Source: Marsupella aquatica (taxonomy: Eukaryota > Plantae > Marchantiophyta). Taken from it: a DNA stretch of 64,000 nucleotides. The position numbers and the translations under genes are program-made. Below, in pieces: positions 26,446-38,593 of this stretch. Positions within the stretch are counted from its first letter, which is position 1; the number at the start of each line of letters is the position of its first letter. The notes beneath the pieces are model-generated. The model did not search any database. It worked only from the letters and a program-made list of their open reading frames with translations, and was not told where the DNA came from. The stretch lies in the NCBI GenBank assembly GCA_973895155.1, contig OZ316897.1, forward strand, positions 18,696,457 to 18,760,456, given 5' to 3'.

Positions 26446-27400
26446 GGGCGGGTTGCATGGTTTGTGTCCATGGTCATTGGAGCACAACTTTCCACAAAAA
26501 CAGGGAGAAAAACAAAAGGGAAAAAATTTAGGGATAGAAGACGAAAGCACATGAAGCATTCCTCATTCTGGGCCGGTTGCATGATTTGTGTCCATGGTCT
26601 TTAGGAGCACAACTTTCCACAAAAACAGGGAGAAAAACAAAAGGGAAAAAATGTTAGGGACAGACGATGAAAGCACATGAAGCATTCTTCATTCTGGGCC
26701 GGTTGCATGATTTGTGTCCATGGTCTTTAGGAGCACAACTTTCCACACAAACAGGGAGAAAATGGAAGGGAAAAAATGTTAGGGACAGAAGAGGAAAGCA
26801 CATGAAGCATTCCTCATTCTGGGCGGGGTTGCATGATTTGTGTCCATGGTCTTGAGGAGCACAACTTTCCACAAAAACAGGGAGAAAAACAAAAGGGAAA
26901 AAATGTTAGGGACAGACGACGAAAGCACATGAAGCATTCTTCATTCTGGGCCGGTTGCATGATTTGTGTCCATGGTCTTTAGGAGCACAACTTTCCACAC
27001 AAACAGGGAGAAAATGGAAGGGAAAAAATGTTAGGGACAGAAGAGGAAAGCACATGAAGCATTCCTCATTCTGGGCGGGGTTGCATGATTTGTGTCCATG
27101 GTCTTGAGGAGCACAACTTTCCACAAAAACAGGGAGAAAAACAAAAGGGAAAAAATGTTAGGGACAGACGACGAAAGCACATGAAGCATTCTTCATTCTG
27201 GGCCGGTTGCATGATTTGTGTCCATGGTCTTTAGGAGCACAACTTTCCACACAAACAGGGAGAAAATGGAAGGGAAAAAATGTTAGGGACAGAAGAGGAA
27301 AGCACATGAAGCATTCCTCATTCTGGGCGGGGTTGCATGGTTTGTGCCCATGGTTTGTGCAGCACAACTTTCGCACAACTTTCAACAAAAAGGGGAAGAA
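26446..27400. repeat. Tandem array of a ~126-bp monomer (~7.5 copies) with 252-bp A/B higher-order period
   Basis: ggg(c/g)cggttgcatgatttgtgtccatgg recurs at about 26446, 26570, 26696, 26821, 26948, 27073, 27200, 27325; near-identical ORF translations recur every 252 bp. Confidence 0.95.
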
Positions 27401-27440
27401 AAACAAAAGGGGAAGAAAAACAAACTACAGCTCCTGATCT

Positions 27441-27524
27441 TCCGACCTGCCGGATTCGAACCAGCGACCTAAGGATATCTGTGAGCACTACAGTCCTCCG
27501 CTCTACCAACTGAGCTAAGGTCGG
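27441..27524 (-). tRNA. trnY-GUA: tRNA-Tyr(GUA) with an 11-nt intron (27477-27487)
   Basis: CCGACCTTAGCTCAGTTGGTAGAGCGGAGGACTGTAG-[tgctcacagat]-ATCCTTAGGTCGCTGGTTCGAATCCGGCAGGTCGGA; A and B boxes, upstream CAA, downstream T-run. Confidence 0.97.
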
Positions 27525-28019
27525 TTGGGTTCCAATGCGAAACATAAGTTTATTTATTTCATAATTATCAATGGTTTTGACCCTTCGAACAAATTCAGGT
27601 TTCGATTTAAATTCGGGCTAGGTGGGCGCCATTCCCGCCACCAATTGCGGCACATGCCTGCACGAGGCCGTAATTACGAGTGAGCATGGATTGCGGAGAA
27701 CCTGCGGCAGTGGCGAAGGGGCATTTGGACGAGTGACATTGAAGCGAATTGCTCAGCTTGGTCGGCCCATTGCACACTAGGTATCCTGGATGAGGTGGAA
27801 AGTGATCTCGTTTGGAGTAGTCCAATTTCACATTATGGCAATCTGTGATGTTCGTGCACGTTTAAGAATTAAGATGCGCGAGTTGCTGTTTTTAGTCCGT
27901 CGGGTTCCACTTGTGAGCTAGCCAATAGATGTGATTCTCTCTCTTGGTTGCCCTCTATTTTATATTACTCTTTCTTCGCCGTGATTACTCTTTCTCGCCA
28001 GCAGATTGTCTTCCGGACA

Positions 28020-29800
28020 TTTACATCCTGGTTTCAAGGTTCAGGGTTTAGGGTTCGGACCTGTAGGATTGTTTCCTTCGGCAATTTGGGCCACGGGTTT
28101 CTTTATAATTAAGTTGGGCCACCACCAACGGAATTGACGGTGGGCATCGATGAAGAGCTCCACCAATTGGAGATTCAGAGACTTTGCACTGGAGATTTGA
28201 GACATCAGGCAGGTGTTGCTTGAATAACAACTCTGCTTATCGCCATAGACAAAACGAATGATTTTCAGGAGGAAAGCTCATGAACGATAGAAGCTCTAGA
28301 TGAGCAGTGAATTTTCCAAGTTTGTGAGCTTTCGACAGCACACAGTCATTTAGAGATTGACATCCTGATTTTGAGGTTCAGGGTTTAGGGTTTGGGCCCG
28401 TAGGGTTTTGTTTCGTTCGGCAAATTTGGGGCATTAGCTTCTTACCCTCGACCACCGACAACGGAATTGGCAAGTTGTGTCAGAAATCAGTTCCAAGTGG
28501 TCATCGATGAATAGGTCCAGCAATTGGAGATTCAGAGATTTTGCACTGGAGGTTGGGGACATCAGGCAGGTGTTGCTTGTAGAACAACTCGGCTTATCTT
28601 TAGCCATAGACAGAATGAATGACCTTTGAGCATATTTAGGAGGAAAGCTCATAAACGGTAGATTTTCTAGATGAGCTGTAAAGGCTCCAAGTTTGTGAGC
28701 TTTCGACAGCACACAGTCCGTTCGAGGTTTAGGGGCGGCCTTTAGGGTGTGTTTCCTCCGGCAATTTGGGGCATTGATTTCTTAACCTAGACCACCGCCA
28801 CGGAATTGGCAAGTTGTGTTAGAAACCACTCCTAGGTGGCCATTGATGAAGAGGTCCCCCAATTGGAGATTCAGAGACTTTGCACTGGAGATTTGAGACA
28901 TCAGGCTGGTGTTGCTTGGCGAACAACTCGGTTTATCGCCATAGACAAAACGAGTGATCGAGTTCGAAATTTTTCGACAGCACAGTCCACTTGAGATTGA
29001 CATCCTGACTTTGAGGTACAGGGTTCAGAATTTGGACCTATAGGGTTTCTTTCTTTGGGCGGCATTGGTTTCTTAACTTAGACCACCGCCAGCGGAATTG
29101 ACAGTTTGTGTTAGAAACCAGTCCTGGTGGCCATCGATTGATAGGTCCACCAATTGGAAATTCAGAGATTTTGCACCGGAGATCTCAGAAATCAGGGCAG
29201 GTGTTGCTTGTAGAAAAACCCGGCTTATCTTTTAGCCATAGACAGTACGAATGACTTTTGAGCTACCCGGCTTATCTTTAGCCATAGACAGAACGAATGA
29301 CTTTTGAGCAACCCGGCTTATCTTTAGCCATAGACAGAACGAATGACTTTTGAGCATATTCAGGAGGAAAGCTCATGAACGGTAAAGTCTCTAGATGAGC
29401 TGTAAAGGTTCCAAGTTTGTGAGATTTTGACATCACAGTATTTACATTTGAGATGTGGATTTCGAGGTGTAGGGTTTAAGGTTTGGTTTCCCTCGGCAAA
29501 TTCGGGGCATTGGTTTCTTAACTTAGAATACCCCAATGGAATTCACAAGTTGTGCTAGAAACCAGTCCTAGGTGCCATGGATGAATAGGTAGGCCAATTG
29601 GAGATTTAGAGACTTTGCACTGGAGATTTGAGACATCAGGCAGGTGTTGCTTGTCGAACAACTTGGCCCTTGACAGACCTGTGAAGCGAATGGAAGTTGG
29701 GCATGCTCAGGAGGAAAGTTGCTGAACTTGTGATCCAGTTCAGTTAGATAACGCCCCACCGCCTTAGAGGTGTGAATTTTGTGAGCTGAAAGTTGTCAGC
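28020..29800 (+). repeat. Five degenerate tandem copies (~290-450 bp) of the MND1 leader/promoter, with a nested ~46-bp triplication at ~29217-29355
   Basis: Core ggagattcagagactttgcactggagatttgagacatcaggcaggtgttgcttg at about 28170, 28527, 28865, 29156, 29600; most units start with telo-box-like AGGGTTTAGGG. Confidence 0.88.
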
Positions 29801-29801
29801 C

Positions 29802-30431
29802 ATGTCGAAGAAACGAGGATTGTCGTTGGACAAAAAGCAGGAGCAAATGCTGAAAGTCTTTCACGAAACTCAAAGTTTCTTTCAGCTGAAAGATCTGGAG
29901 AAGCTTGGGCCCCAAAAAGGCGTTGTAAGGCAAGCGGTGAAGGACGTGGTGCAGGCTCTGGTTGACGATGGTCTTGTTCTCAAAGACAAGATTGGCACGG
30001 CTGTGTACTTCTGGAGTCTTCCAAGCAGTGCCGGAAACATGTTGAGGCAATCCACAGCGAAGTCAGAAAAGGAGTTGGAGTATTTCTCAAAGCGTGAGGC
30101 AGAGTTGAATGCCCAAATGGAAGTGTTGAAGAAGGGCCGAGAGGGGGATGCCACAAAGCGTGAGGCTGATCTCACTGCTCTCTCAGAGCTTGAGAAAAAA
30201 CACAAGGCTATGACAGAGGAACTTGAAGGCTGGGCTGAGAACGATCCTAGTTTATATGAAGCTATGGAGAAGGCCAGCGAGGTCGCCCACATCGCAGCCA
30301 ACCGGTGGACCGACAACATATTTTCAGTACAACAGTGGTGTAGCAACAACTTTCCTGAAGCGATGGAAAACCTTGACCAGATGTATGCCGAGGTCGGTAT
30401 AACGGACGACTTTGATTACGCGGAAGCTTGA
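29802..30431 (+). CDS. MND1: Meiotic nuclear division protein 1 (MND1; HOP2 partner), 209 aa, single exon
   Basis: MSKKRGLSLDKK..., LKDLEKLGP.KGVV.QAVKDVVQALVDDGLV..DKIGT.VYFWSLPS, AANRWTDNIF motifs; true ATG at 29802. Confidence 0.95.
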   Translation: MSKKRGLSLDKKQEQMLKVFHETQSFFQLKDLEKLGPQKGVVRQAVKDVVQALVDDGLVLKDKIGTAVYFWSLPSSAGNMLRQSTAKSEKELEYFSKREAELNAQMEVLKKGREGDATKREADLTALSELEKKHKAMTEELEGWAENDPSLYEAMEKASEVAHIAANRWTDNIFSVQQWCSNNFPEAMENLDQMYAEVGITDDFDYAEA

Positions 30432-33400
30432 TGGGCAGTCTTCGTCCATTGTACCGAACAATGAACGGAACGGAGGATTTTGAAGGATCTGATCAAATGG
30501 ACCACATTGAACAAGTTCCTCTGCTAGAATCCTCTGTTCATTGTGTAATTGCCAGTCAGCAAGTTACTGTACTGCTAGCGAGGCCAGATTGGGTGGAGGA
30601 CGAGGACAAAGCTATTTATTTGGATTGCGACATGTTTAAGCAGACCATTGAACACACGCTAAGAAGAGATGGCTGCAATTGGTTTTCCTCTTCCAAAGCG
30701 TCGTGTTTGGGCTCTGTTCTCTCACAACCTCCCTCAACTCCTCTGCAGCATCGTTGCAGACAAGTGGGTCATTTGGGAGTGTGACACAACGGCTGAGAAT
30801 GGTAAGCACTCTTCCGACGACACTACAATTTGACTGGCAGTACGTTATTTGAGTTGCTGCAATTTTCCTTTGTGTGCTGGCGGCCTTATGGCTGCACTAG
30901 AGCGGGAAACAGTGAAATGAAAAGTTTTCAGCTTAATTCATCCACTCGAATGATCTTTTCTGTGTGATTTCTGGTCGATCTCTCTCCAGGTTTAGATGTT
31001 TGCATCATGTACTGTGGAAGGCCACTTGCATGGACACAAATGTCACGCGCCACGTTCAAGACAAGTCACTATTGCGGAAGTGTACTTTCTCCAGTCAGGT
31101 CTATTGTACCGGTCAACCTGTAATTGTCGGTTTATTTTATCGTCATCTAAGGGCTAATGTCACCCAGCGAGTGCACAAGCATTCCTTCTTTGCTTGAGTT
31201 TAGAAACTCTCCTCGGGTTGCCAGTGCAAATGGATTTCTAGGAGTCAGCGCGTTATAGTTGCGCCCCTTAAGTAGAAGATTCAAACACTTTTCAGTTCAC
31301 TTCTAGACCCCTTGACGAGGATTGATCGACAGAATTCCATAACTAACCGTGAATGACCTTCGACACTGTCAATTACCATTGGTATCTTCATGCTAAGGTG
31401 GACAATGACGTCATACCCGGCGCCAGGTCCGTTTCCCTGGCATATGATCCAGTTTGAAGTGGTCTTACTCCTGGCACAGATTTACTTCAATAACATAGCG
31501 AGGAATGACGATTTGTTCCTACCAAATGGGAGAGGAATTGCACGTTTCACGCATTTAGAGCAATCGTTTACTCGATTGTTTGACATCTTTAAGAGTTGAT
31601 TTGCTGGAAGTACGTACAAACAGGATGAAGTATTTTCATATTATGCTCGCAGTTGTTCACTTCACTGCTGACAGCTGAGTTTCGTCTCTTCATTTACCAT
31701 AGTTCTAATTAGATGGGTTTCAGGTGTTCCAGCATCCAGACACCATTTAGGTAACACTGCTCATGTAGAGTTGACGGCATCACCGCTGGCATTGGAGGAT
31801 TAGTCAAATTTAGAACAGTCCCAGTGTCGTTAAGCTTGGGGCCCGGGAATGATGATCAGTTGAATTGAAATTGTTGAACGGTTGTATTACCGGTGCAATC
31901 TAAGCATTGTGCGTACTCCTAAAATCTGGTTGCTGCAGGTTTTAGTCTATAATCCCCTATTTGAAACGATTCCTGTTGTTAATGTATTAAATTCAGAAAA
32001 TTATTAACGCTCTTGGATGATCTTAACGATTACACTGCGATTGTGTCCTACCACCTGTACAACAAATATTCTTGTACCTAACTCTAGAATTATTTATGAG
32101 AAGTTATTACTTGACAGCGGAGCCAATCGAGGCAGTTCTTCAGATTCTTTAGGATTCATCTCAGTTAGAGATTAACGCTCTGAATTGATCAGCAGTTGTT
32201 GCATGGCCCAATTCGTTATTCCAAGTTGGTCTCTTGTGGCAATAATCTGAAGCTGGAACTGCAGTTAAAAAGCTGCCTGTACTTTGTGGATCGGCTCTCA
32301 AGTTTCCTGAGTGGCCTGAATAACATGACGTGCACTAAGGTCATATGTTATTTTGTCTGTTTAAATTGAAACAGGGATCTGTGTCTGACTGTCCCACTGC
32401 ATCATTCTGCTATAGATCAAAGAATTGTAAAATCTTACTGCAGGGACGTGGAGACACTATTTGCAATTATGTCTGTGTCCCCATCCATCTACCTAGTGCC
32501 CATCCAGATAAAGATGATTTAATGGAGCAATTCAGCAGTGTCTTGGGCCAGCTTACGCGGTGTACTCCAAAAAGCACAATAATCAGAGTCGGATATCTAA
32601 CTGTAGAATCTGATCTGAAGGTACTCTTCAGTGCCTGCAGCCTACAGTGAAGTCTCTAGCCTGTGCTTACCTGAAGTTTGGGGTGTGAATGGAAAACTGG
32701 GATTAGGTCAGGGTGTTTTGAGGGATGGGCTTGAAGATACTCACCTCTGTATCCCATTCAAAGACAAAGCACTCAAACTAGTCAATAGAATTACCTGTGA
32801 ACCAAGGTTAGGGTAAAGGCCTATGGTCTGGAGTGAAGCTTTAGACATGACTTTGGGGGCATAGGTAATGTTGTGGGTGGAACTGGCATTGGGCATAATG
32901 GTCATGACCATCTATTTATGAGCAGAGCTCGGGCATTCAGGCTAGTATCAATAATTACAGGAGCTGTAAGAGTACTTGACACGACTGTAGGTAAGGCCAT
33001 GAAGGAAACTTGATAGAGTTTCATGCATGATGAGGACGGACATCTTGTTCCTAACTAGCAGACAAGTAGTTATACATTGTCCATACTCCAGGTATGATTT
33101 GCTTCTGGGCAGAGTGAGAAGTACAATGTGTTGAAGAACTCCCAAATAGTTGCGCTTGCCAACTAGACTGCCTTAGTCATTTATGGGATGAACTCCTGGC
33201 AATCAAAAGAAGTGTGATGTGTGTCAAATGAAGACTTGAGATTGTCTCAGGAATAGTATGAATTACATGCAGACATCATGTATACTTAGTTACCTTTTGG
33301 CCACTAAAAATGCTATTGTTTAGCATAATGATAGTTTTTTTTTTGGTTTTTTTGTTTTGTTTTGGAAATGAATGCTTTATAGCAGGCAGGGGGCAAAAAT

Positions 33401-34650
33401 CACCTGAGCCAAGACCAAAGCACAGGACGGAGACTCAATTAGGCCATTGGGACCAGTGGAGCATAATGATAGAGTACCACAATGAATTTAACTTTCTACA
33501 ATTCACTGCTTCAAAATCATTTTGTCAACGGATCATAGCGCCAAGCATCCTGATGGGTTTCTAGCAGTTGACACCAAACAAACCACCTCTGGACTTGCTC
33601 AGTTTGAGGAAATCCATCACATGTATTTGTGCATCTAGTCCCTACAATTGATGTAGGCCACTAGCATTTTCATTTTCTTATGGGAATTTGATAATTAGTT
33701 TAGAATACAGTTGAGCGATTCCGCCTCTTAGGTTATCTTTGGTTGTGCTTGATTCTTCCATCTATTTGTACTTTGCCTATTCTGGCCCTTATCTAGAAAA
33801 GTGGGTTGTGGCTAAAATAAAAAGGTAATGATCAGTAGTGATGCATCATGGACCTAAAATGTTACCATAGTTAGTGCTACTACCAAAACAGTGTGTCACT
33901 GAAAATAGTATGAGTAACTAATATGTGAGTAGAAAAGTTATGGAGCTCAAATAGTACTGATCACAGACCCCATGAGAAGTGCCTCACAAATTCCTTGGCT
34001 TCATGTGTGGCCACATCAGCATTTTCCTTCACAACAGAGATATCTATGTTTGCAACACTATGCAAACACCACTGTGTGTGTTTGGCTTGAGGCCAGTAAA
34101 AATGGTTAGACCCGAGAACCATAAAAAATGCAAGTAACAACCAACAGCAGGGAGAAAAATAACTGCACAAGTAAGCCATTGAATCTCTGACATCTATGCT
34201 ATTATCCAAAAAATCATGTTTTTCATATCATTTTCAGCTCACATTTCCCTAACCAAAAAATGGCTGTTCGACAGCTTCATTAATGATTTCATGCAACATT
34301 TTTGTTATCAGTCATCACACCACAAATAATGTGAGTTGATTTCCATAATTAATGTTATTGGTGACTCATAACTGAATCACTGCCAGTTAGGGTCAACATG
34401 GAATTAGTGTTAGTATATAAGACTATTCCCAAGGAATTGGAATTTTTGTGAGCTACACAATTGGTGTTAGTAACACCAACTATTGGAAACAGTGTAGTTT
34501 GGGACAATGAAATTGACCACCTTTCCATAAGGCAAACACCCTAGACAGGTCAAGCCAATCTACATAAATCATGCAGCCAATGAACAAAATGCATCTAACC
34601 CGGCATCTAGGTAGGAGACATGGTCCCCAACTTAGGCTGTAGACCACTCC

Positions 34651-34937
34651 GGGGGGGGGGGGGGGGGGTGTCACTTCCATGAAAGTGACATATCAAGTGT
34701 GACAAAGTATAGGGCCATTTAAATGAATTTGGTGGAAGACTTATTAAGAAAATAAGTCTTCCACCAAATTCAGACTTATTTTCAGTCTTCCACTGAAAAT
34801 ATATTTAATTTAATTGCAAAATGCACATGTGTCATCATGTGATTGGTATCGTACAACTTTATAGAAAGTGATTTACAAGGTCATAAATGACCCAAACCTT
34901 AGCACATGATGTATGACCCTTCCTATGGTGACACCCC
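34651..34937. mobile_element. Small MITE-like element containing a perfect 21-bp hairpin
   Basis: Ends GGGGTGTCAC...GTGACACCCC (left end expanded to G18); inverted repeat 34725-34745 / 34751-34771. Confidence 0.5.
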
Positions 34938-37753
34938 ATTAGACCAACAAAGGGGAGAAAACCCAGGAAGACCATAGAGCCAAAAAATCCGAGAGTTCAC
35001 AAGAAGTTCCCAAGAAGGGAAAAAATTCTAAAGCCCTATCCAACAACAAAGTGAAAAGTCTGGTAGAGATTTGGAATAATTAGGAGAGATTTGGAATAAT
35101 TAGGAGGGTCCTGGAGAGGAACTCGTCTAAACCCACTCTTGCTTATTAATGCCATGTGAACTTGAGTGGTTGGCCTATTGCTCTACTCAGAGTGACCTCA
35201 CACAGCACATGGCTTAGGCACCAGTTGGGTCACCCAAATGCTTCTTAATTAAAACAGGGGGAGGATGGAGGACAGACGTTGCAATTAGGGTCGTGCATGC
35301 CCCCTGTAGAGCAAACCACAACTTTATCGTTACAAGTGGTTTATATTCCTTGCCTACGTGATTCGCAGCTTCCTTCGAAATTCCCCGGGCCTGGAATTTA
35401 AGAATTTGATTTCCCAGCCCAGAGCCTCCTCCAATGACACTTCGTGAGGCCACCTGATCCGTTGGGCGAGCTCGGGTTGGGAATCAATTCTATGAATCCA
35501 TCATTCTGATGAGATTTAAAAGCTCACTGTTCTGGTCAGTTCAAAATGATTGGATCGTCCCTGTTGGGTAACATGGGAGGTGAGATATCTTGATTCCCAT
35601 CTACTGGAGCCTGGAGGAGCTCATTTGGGTACGACGCCATAGCCAGTACAGTGGCACTGGTGTAACTTCATACCGCTGAGTACAGTAGTTGGTTGTTGGA
35701 GTCATGAACTGTAGCTCAGAGGTGAAATCCAATCCTAGAGGAGATCGAATGAACATTTAAGAACTTTATTGAACAGGACTCTCCTCCCCCAATTGCTCCA
35801 CACCGGCTCGTTGGGAATCCAGGTGACGATCTTGGGAGCTTGGGAGATCTAGAGATGAGATCTGCGAGATATCTTCGAAAGCTTGACCATTTTCATATGA
35901 AACGTAGTTCGAATCAAAAGGTCCTCTGACGAACAGCAAAGTGCGGTTTCAAGTTGCTGCCACAGTTTCGCTCAGTCGAAAATTACGGTCCAATAGAGAG
36001 ATTGATTGGTGTACCTATTCGTGAGTCATGGGTGAACAGGACCTGTCGCCATGTATAATCTGCTTTGGCTGCTTATTCCATTATATAGGATTCAGCGAAA
36101 TAGTCGTGCAAGTGTAAAGAGAGAGAGACCCGGGAATCTGGAACATTGTTGTCTACTTTCTGTCGTAAACAAAACTAAGCGTGTAACAAGGGATCACGAA
36201 ATTTCCGTGTCAGTCATGATTTAGGAACACAAAGAAGTCTTATAAAGTGTCTCGATTCTTCGAAATGCATTTCCAGGTGGCACATTTATAGAGGAGACCA
36301 TGATATTTTGAGAAACGGGTACCAAAAGCGATGTTTTGGGGGTCTTTTGTGAGGGAAGTAAAGTGGTGACTGCCCCAACATCCTGGGAAGGGAACGAGCT
36401 GGTACCACCACATTGGTACTCATAAATTTTCAGAATCTTCGGAATTTCCAGAACCGCTTAGATCTTCCCAAATTCGCAGACAGCCATTTAGACCTTTAAA
36501 GACTTAGATATTTGCAGGGCCATTCGGAAACTTTTACATACAGCTAAACCTTCAGGTATCACAGTGTCTAATCGAAATGAAAATCTTGAGCTTTTTCCGC
36601 CCACCCCACCCCACCCCCAAGAAAAACTCTCATGGGCAATTCGAGACTAGCTTTCCTGGAAAACTCATTCATTGCTGCCTACTGGACCCTGCCATTGAAT
36701 GTTGCCCATTATTGCATGCTGCCCGTACCTTGTAGAAGTTTAAGTCATGAGTATATATGTCTTCATTTCCAAATGCTATGTACTTTCCAAATTCTATGTT
36801 TTCTGCGTGAATACACATAAAATGCAAAGTTTGCTCAACATTAGTCGTCCTAGCAAGCATGGCCCAAAGGTAGCCAGCCGTCTTCATTGCTGGAAGTGAG
36901 ATCCATCTACCAACTTTTTGCACAAAAAGGAGCGCTCGGAAATTGGAGATCACTAAATGGAAACGGGCCGCTGTGGCTTGTTATACAGGAAATGAGAGAA
37001 TGTATGAAACGGGAAAGCCACTTTACTCCGATGGCGAAGGAGTGCGGCAAACTCCACTCCTAGGTCATGATGGTACCTTCGAGTGAGGTAGCCATCACTG
37101 TACAATCATTGACTAGTTCGCTGCCTGCCCAGCGAGATCGAACCACAAAGTTTTCCTGATCCCGAATTGTTGACTCTTGGTAATGAATTTCTTCATTTCC
37201 TGTCCTCCTTAGCGACCAAGCAATTGAAGAAAGCACACTTTGCAGTGTATACTCAGATTCATCCTCTATATCAAGTTGGTTGGCATTCCTGGGAGCCAGG
37301 AGGAGATCGAAATCCTGTCTGCCATCCACCGTGATTTGGAATTTACCATATGTCTAGATCCAGCGGAGTCGGCAGATGGGGAATTCAATTTGCGTTTCAA
37401 GTTTAGCACCAGATTGTGGGACGAGTTACAGAGACTCAGGACGGAGTGAAGGCGAGGCCATCTACTGTGTCGATCTCAAGGGCAGGCGGCATCGTAAGGA
37501 GCGTAGATCTTGTGGGCAATTGGATTAAGGAACTGGGAAGCTTCACCTGACGGTCAATGACGCTGAGAGTCTCAGTTTTGGACTGAATTTTGGTCAGACA
37601 AGGAGAGTGGATTTGAGGTTCACAGTTGTGCTTTCGTCCATAAGAAATTGCTCAACCAAATGACGTTCATTCTAGCTTGAATCCAAACAGGGCGGTGCAA
37701 AATGAATCTTGTGGAGGAAACATATGGCGACTGCTTCATGGTGAATTCGAGTG

Positions 37754-38593
37754 ATGCAGTGGATTCCATGGAAGGTTAGGGAAGCGTTAAGGGGTGAAGA
37801 ACGAAGATCAATCCCACCTGACATGGAGGTCGAGAAGCGAGGTGTTCAATATTTCAAATCGTTGAGGATTTCTGGGGAGATTGTGTACGGCAGGGTGAAA
37901 TCGTGGTGGGCTTCTGTAATTGACAATCAAGACCCACGAATTCGGATTCCATTGCTAGTCCTCGGAGATGTCTTCGTGTGGGCTCTGCTTCTTCTTGGAG
38001 GACTTTCTCTCGCTGGACTCGGAATTCTTGCAGTCCTTCTCGTCTTTGGGGTGCTACTTTTCCCATTTTATTTCATGACACTCTATCTCGGGTGGAACAG
38101 CTTGTCGAACCGAAACACTCTCGTCTATGGTCTGGGAGAGCTCGCCGTCGGCAATGCTCTCTTGGTCTACCTTCTGTGGTGGCTGCGCATGCCCGAGAGC
38201 GAGGTACTGAGGAGGAAGTATGGGATCGACACAGAGCAGAGTCCGGAGAAAATTATCGAGCGTTTCCAAGTCACTTCCCTGTTAGTGCTGTGGCTGGGAG
38301 GGTCCGCCTACGCTTCTGTCTTCTGCTTAGACTTGTTGGTAGTTTCTGTGGGCTTCATTTACACCATTTACTTTGCTCTGTCCAGTTGCTATTCGTTCCT
38401 CTGGTTTATAGTGAATACCGTTCCCTTGTATGTGATCCTTCCGACCACTGTTTTCACCCCACTAATATTGATCAGTATGTACCGTAGAATCTCACGGGAC
38501 GGATGGGTTCAGAAGAAAACAAGGGAGAAGCCAACATCTGAACATCCCCTTGTGGTCTATTCTCTGGTTCCCCCCGGTCGATTACCAGTTTAG
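37754..38593 (+). CDS. Uncharacterised multi-pass membrane protein (~279 aa, about 6-7 hydrophobic segments); possibly the 3' remnant of a longer gene
   Basis: Long ORF with several 20-aa hydrophobic stretches; upstream 36859-37750 reads as coding-like sequence broken by stops. Confidence 0.55.
   Translation: MQWIPWKVREALRGEERRSIPPDMEVEKRGVQYFKSLRISGEIVYGRVKSWWASVIDNQDPRIRIPLLVLGDVFVWALLLLGGLSLAGLGILAVLLVFGVLLFPFYFMTLYLGWNSLSNRNTLVYGLGELAVGNALLVYLLWWLRMPESEVLRRKYGIDTEQSPEKIIERFQVTSLLVLWLGGSAYASVFCLDLLVVSVGFIYTIYFALSSCYSFLWFIVNTVPLYVILPTTVFTPLILISMYRRISRDGWVQKKTREKPTSEHPLVVYSLVPPGRLPV

Noticed and set aside
26446-27400. CRISPR-like array, or a repeated small-protein gene family (72-82 aa ORFs)
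   Set aside because: Units are contiguous with no unique spacers, no cas genes are present and the context is eukaryotic; the ORFs are by-products of the repeat
29793-29801. ORF-track starts at 29793, 53504, 55811 and 37751
   Set aside because: These are non-ATG starts from a prokaryote-style caller; the first in-frame ATGs were used instead
32345-32816. Possible LINE endonuclease relic (similar weak hints at ~17000 and ~25300-26100)
   Set aside because: Resemblance too weak to support without a profile search
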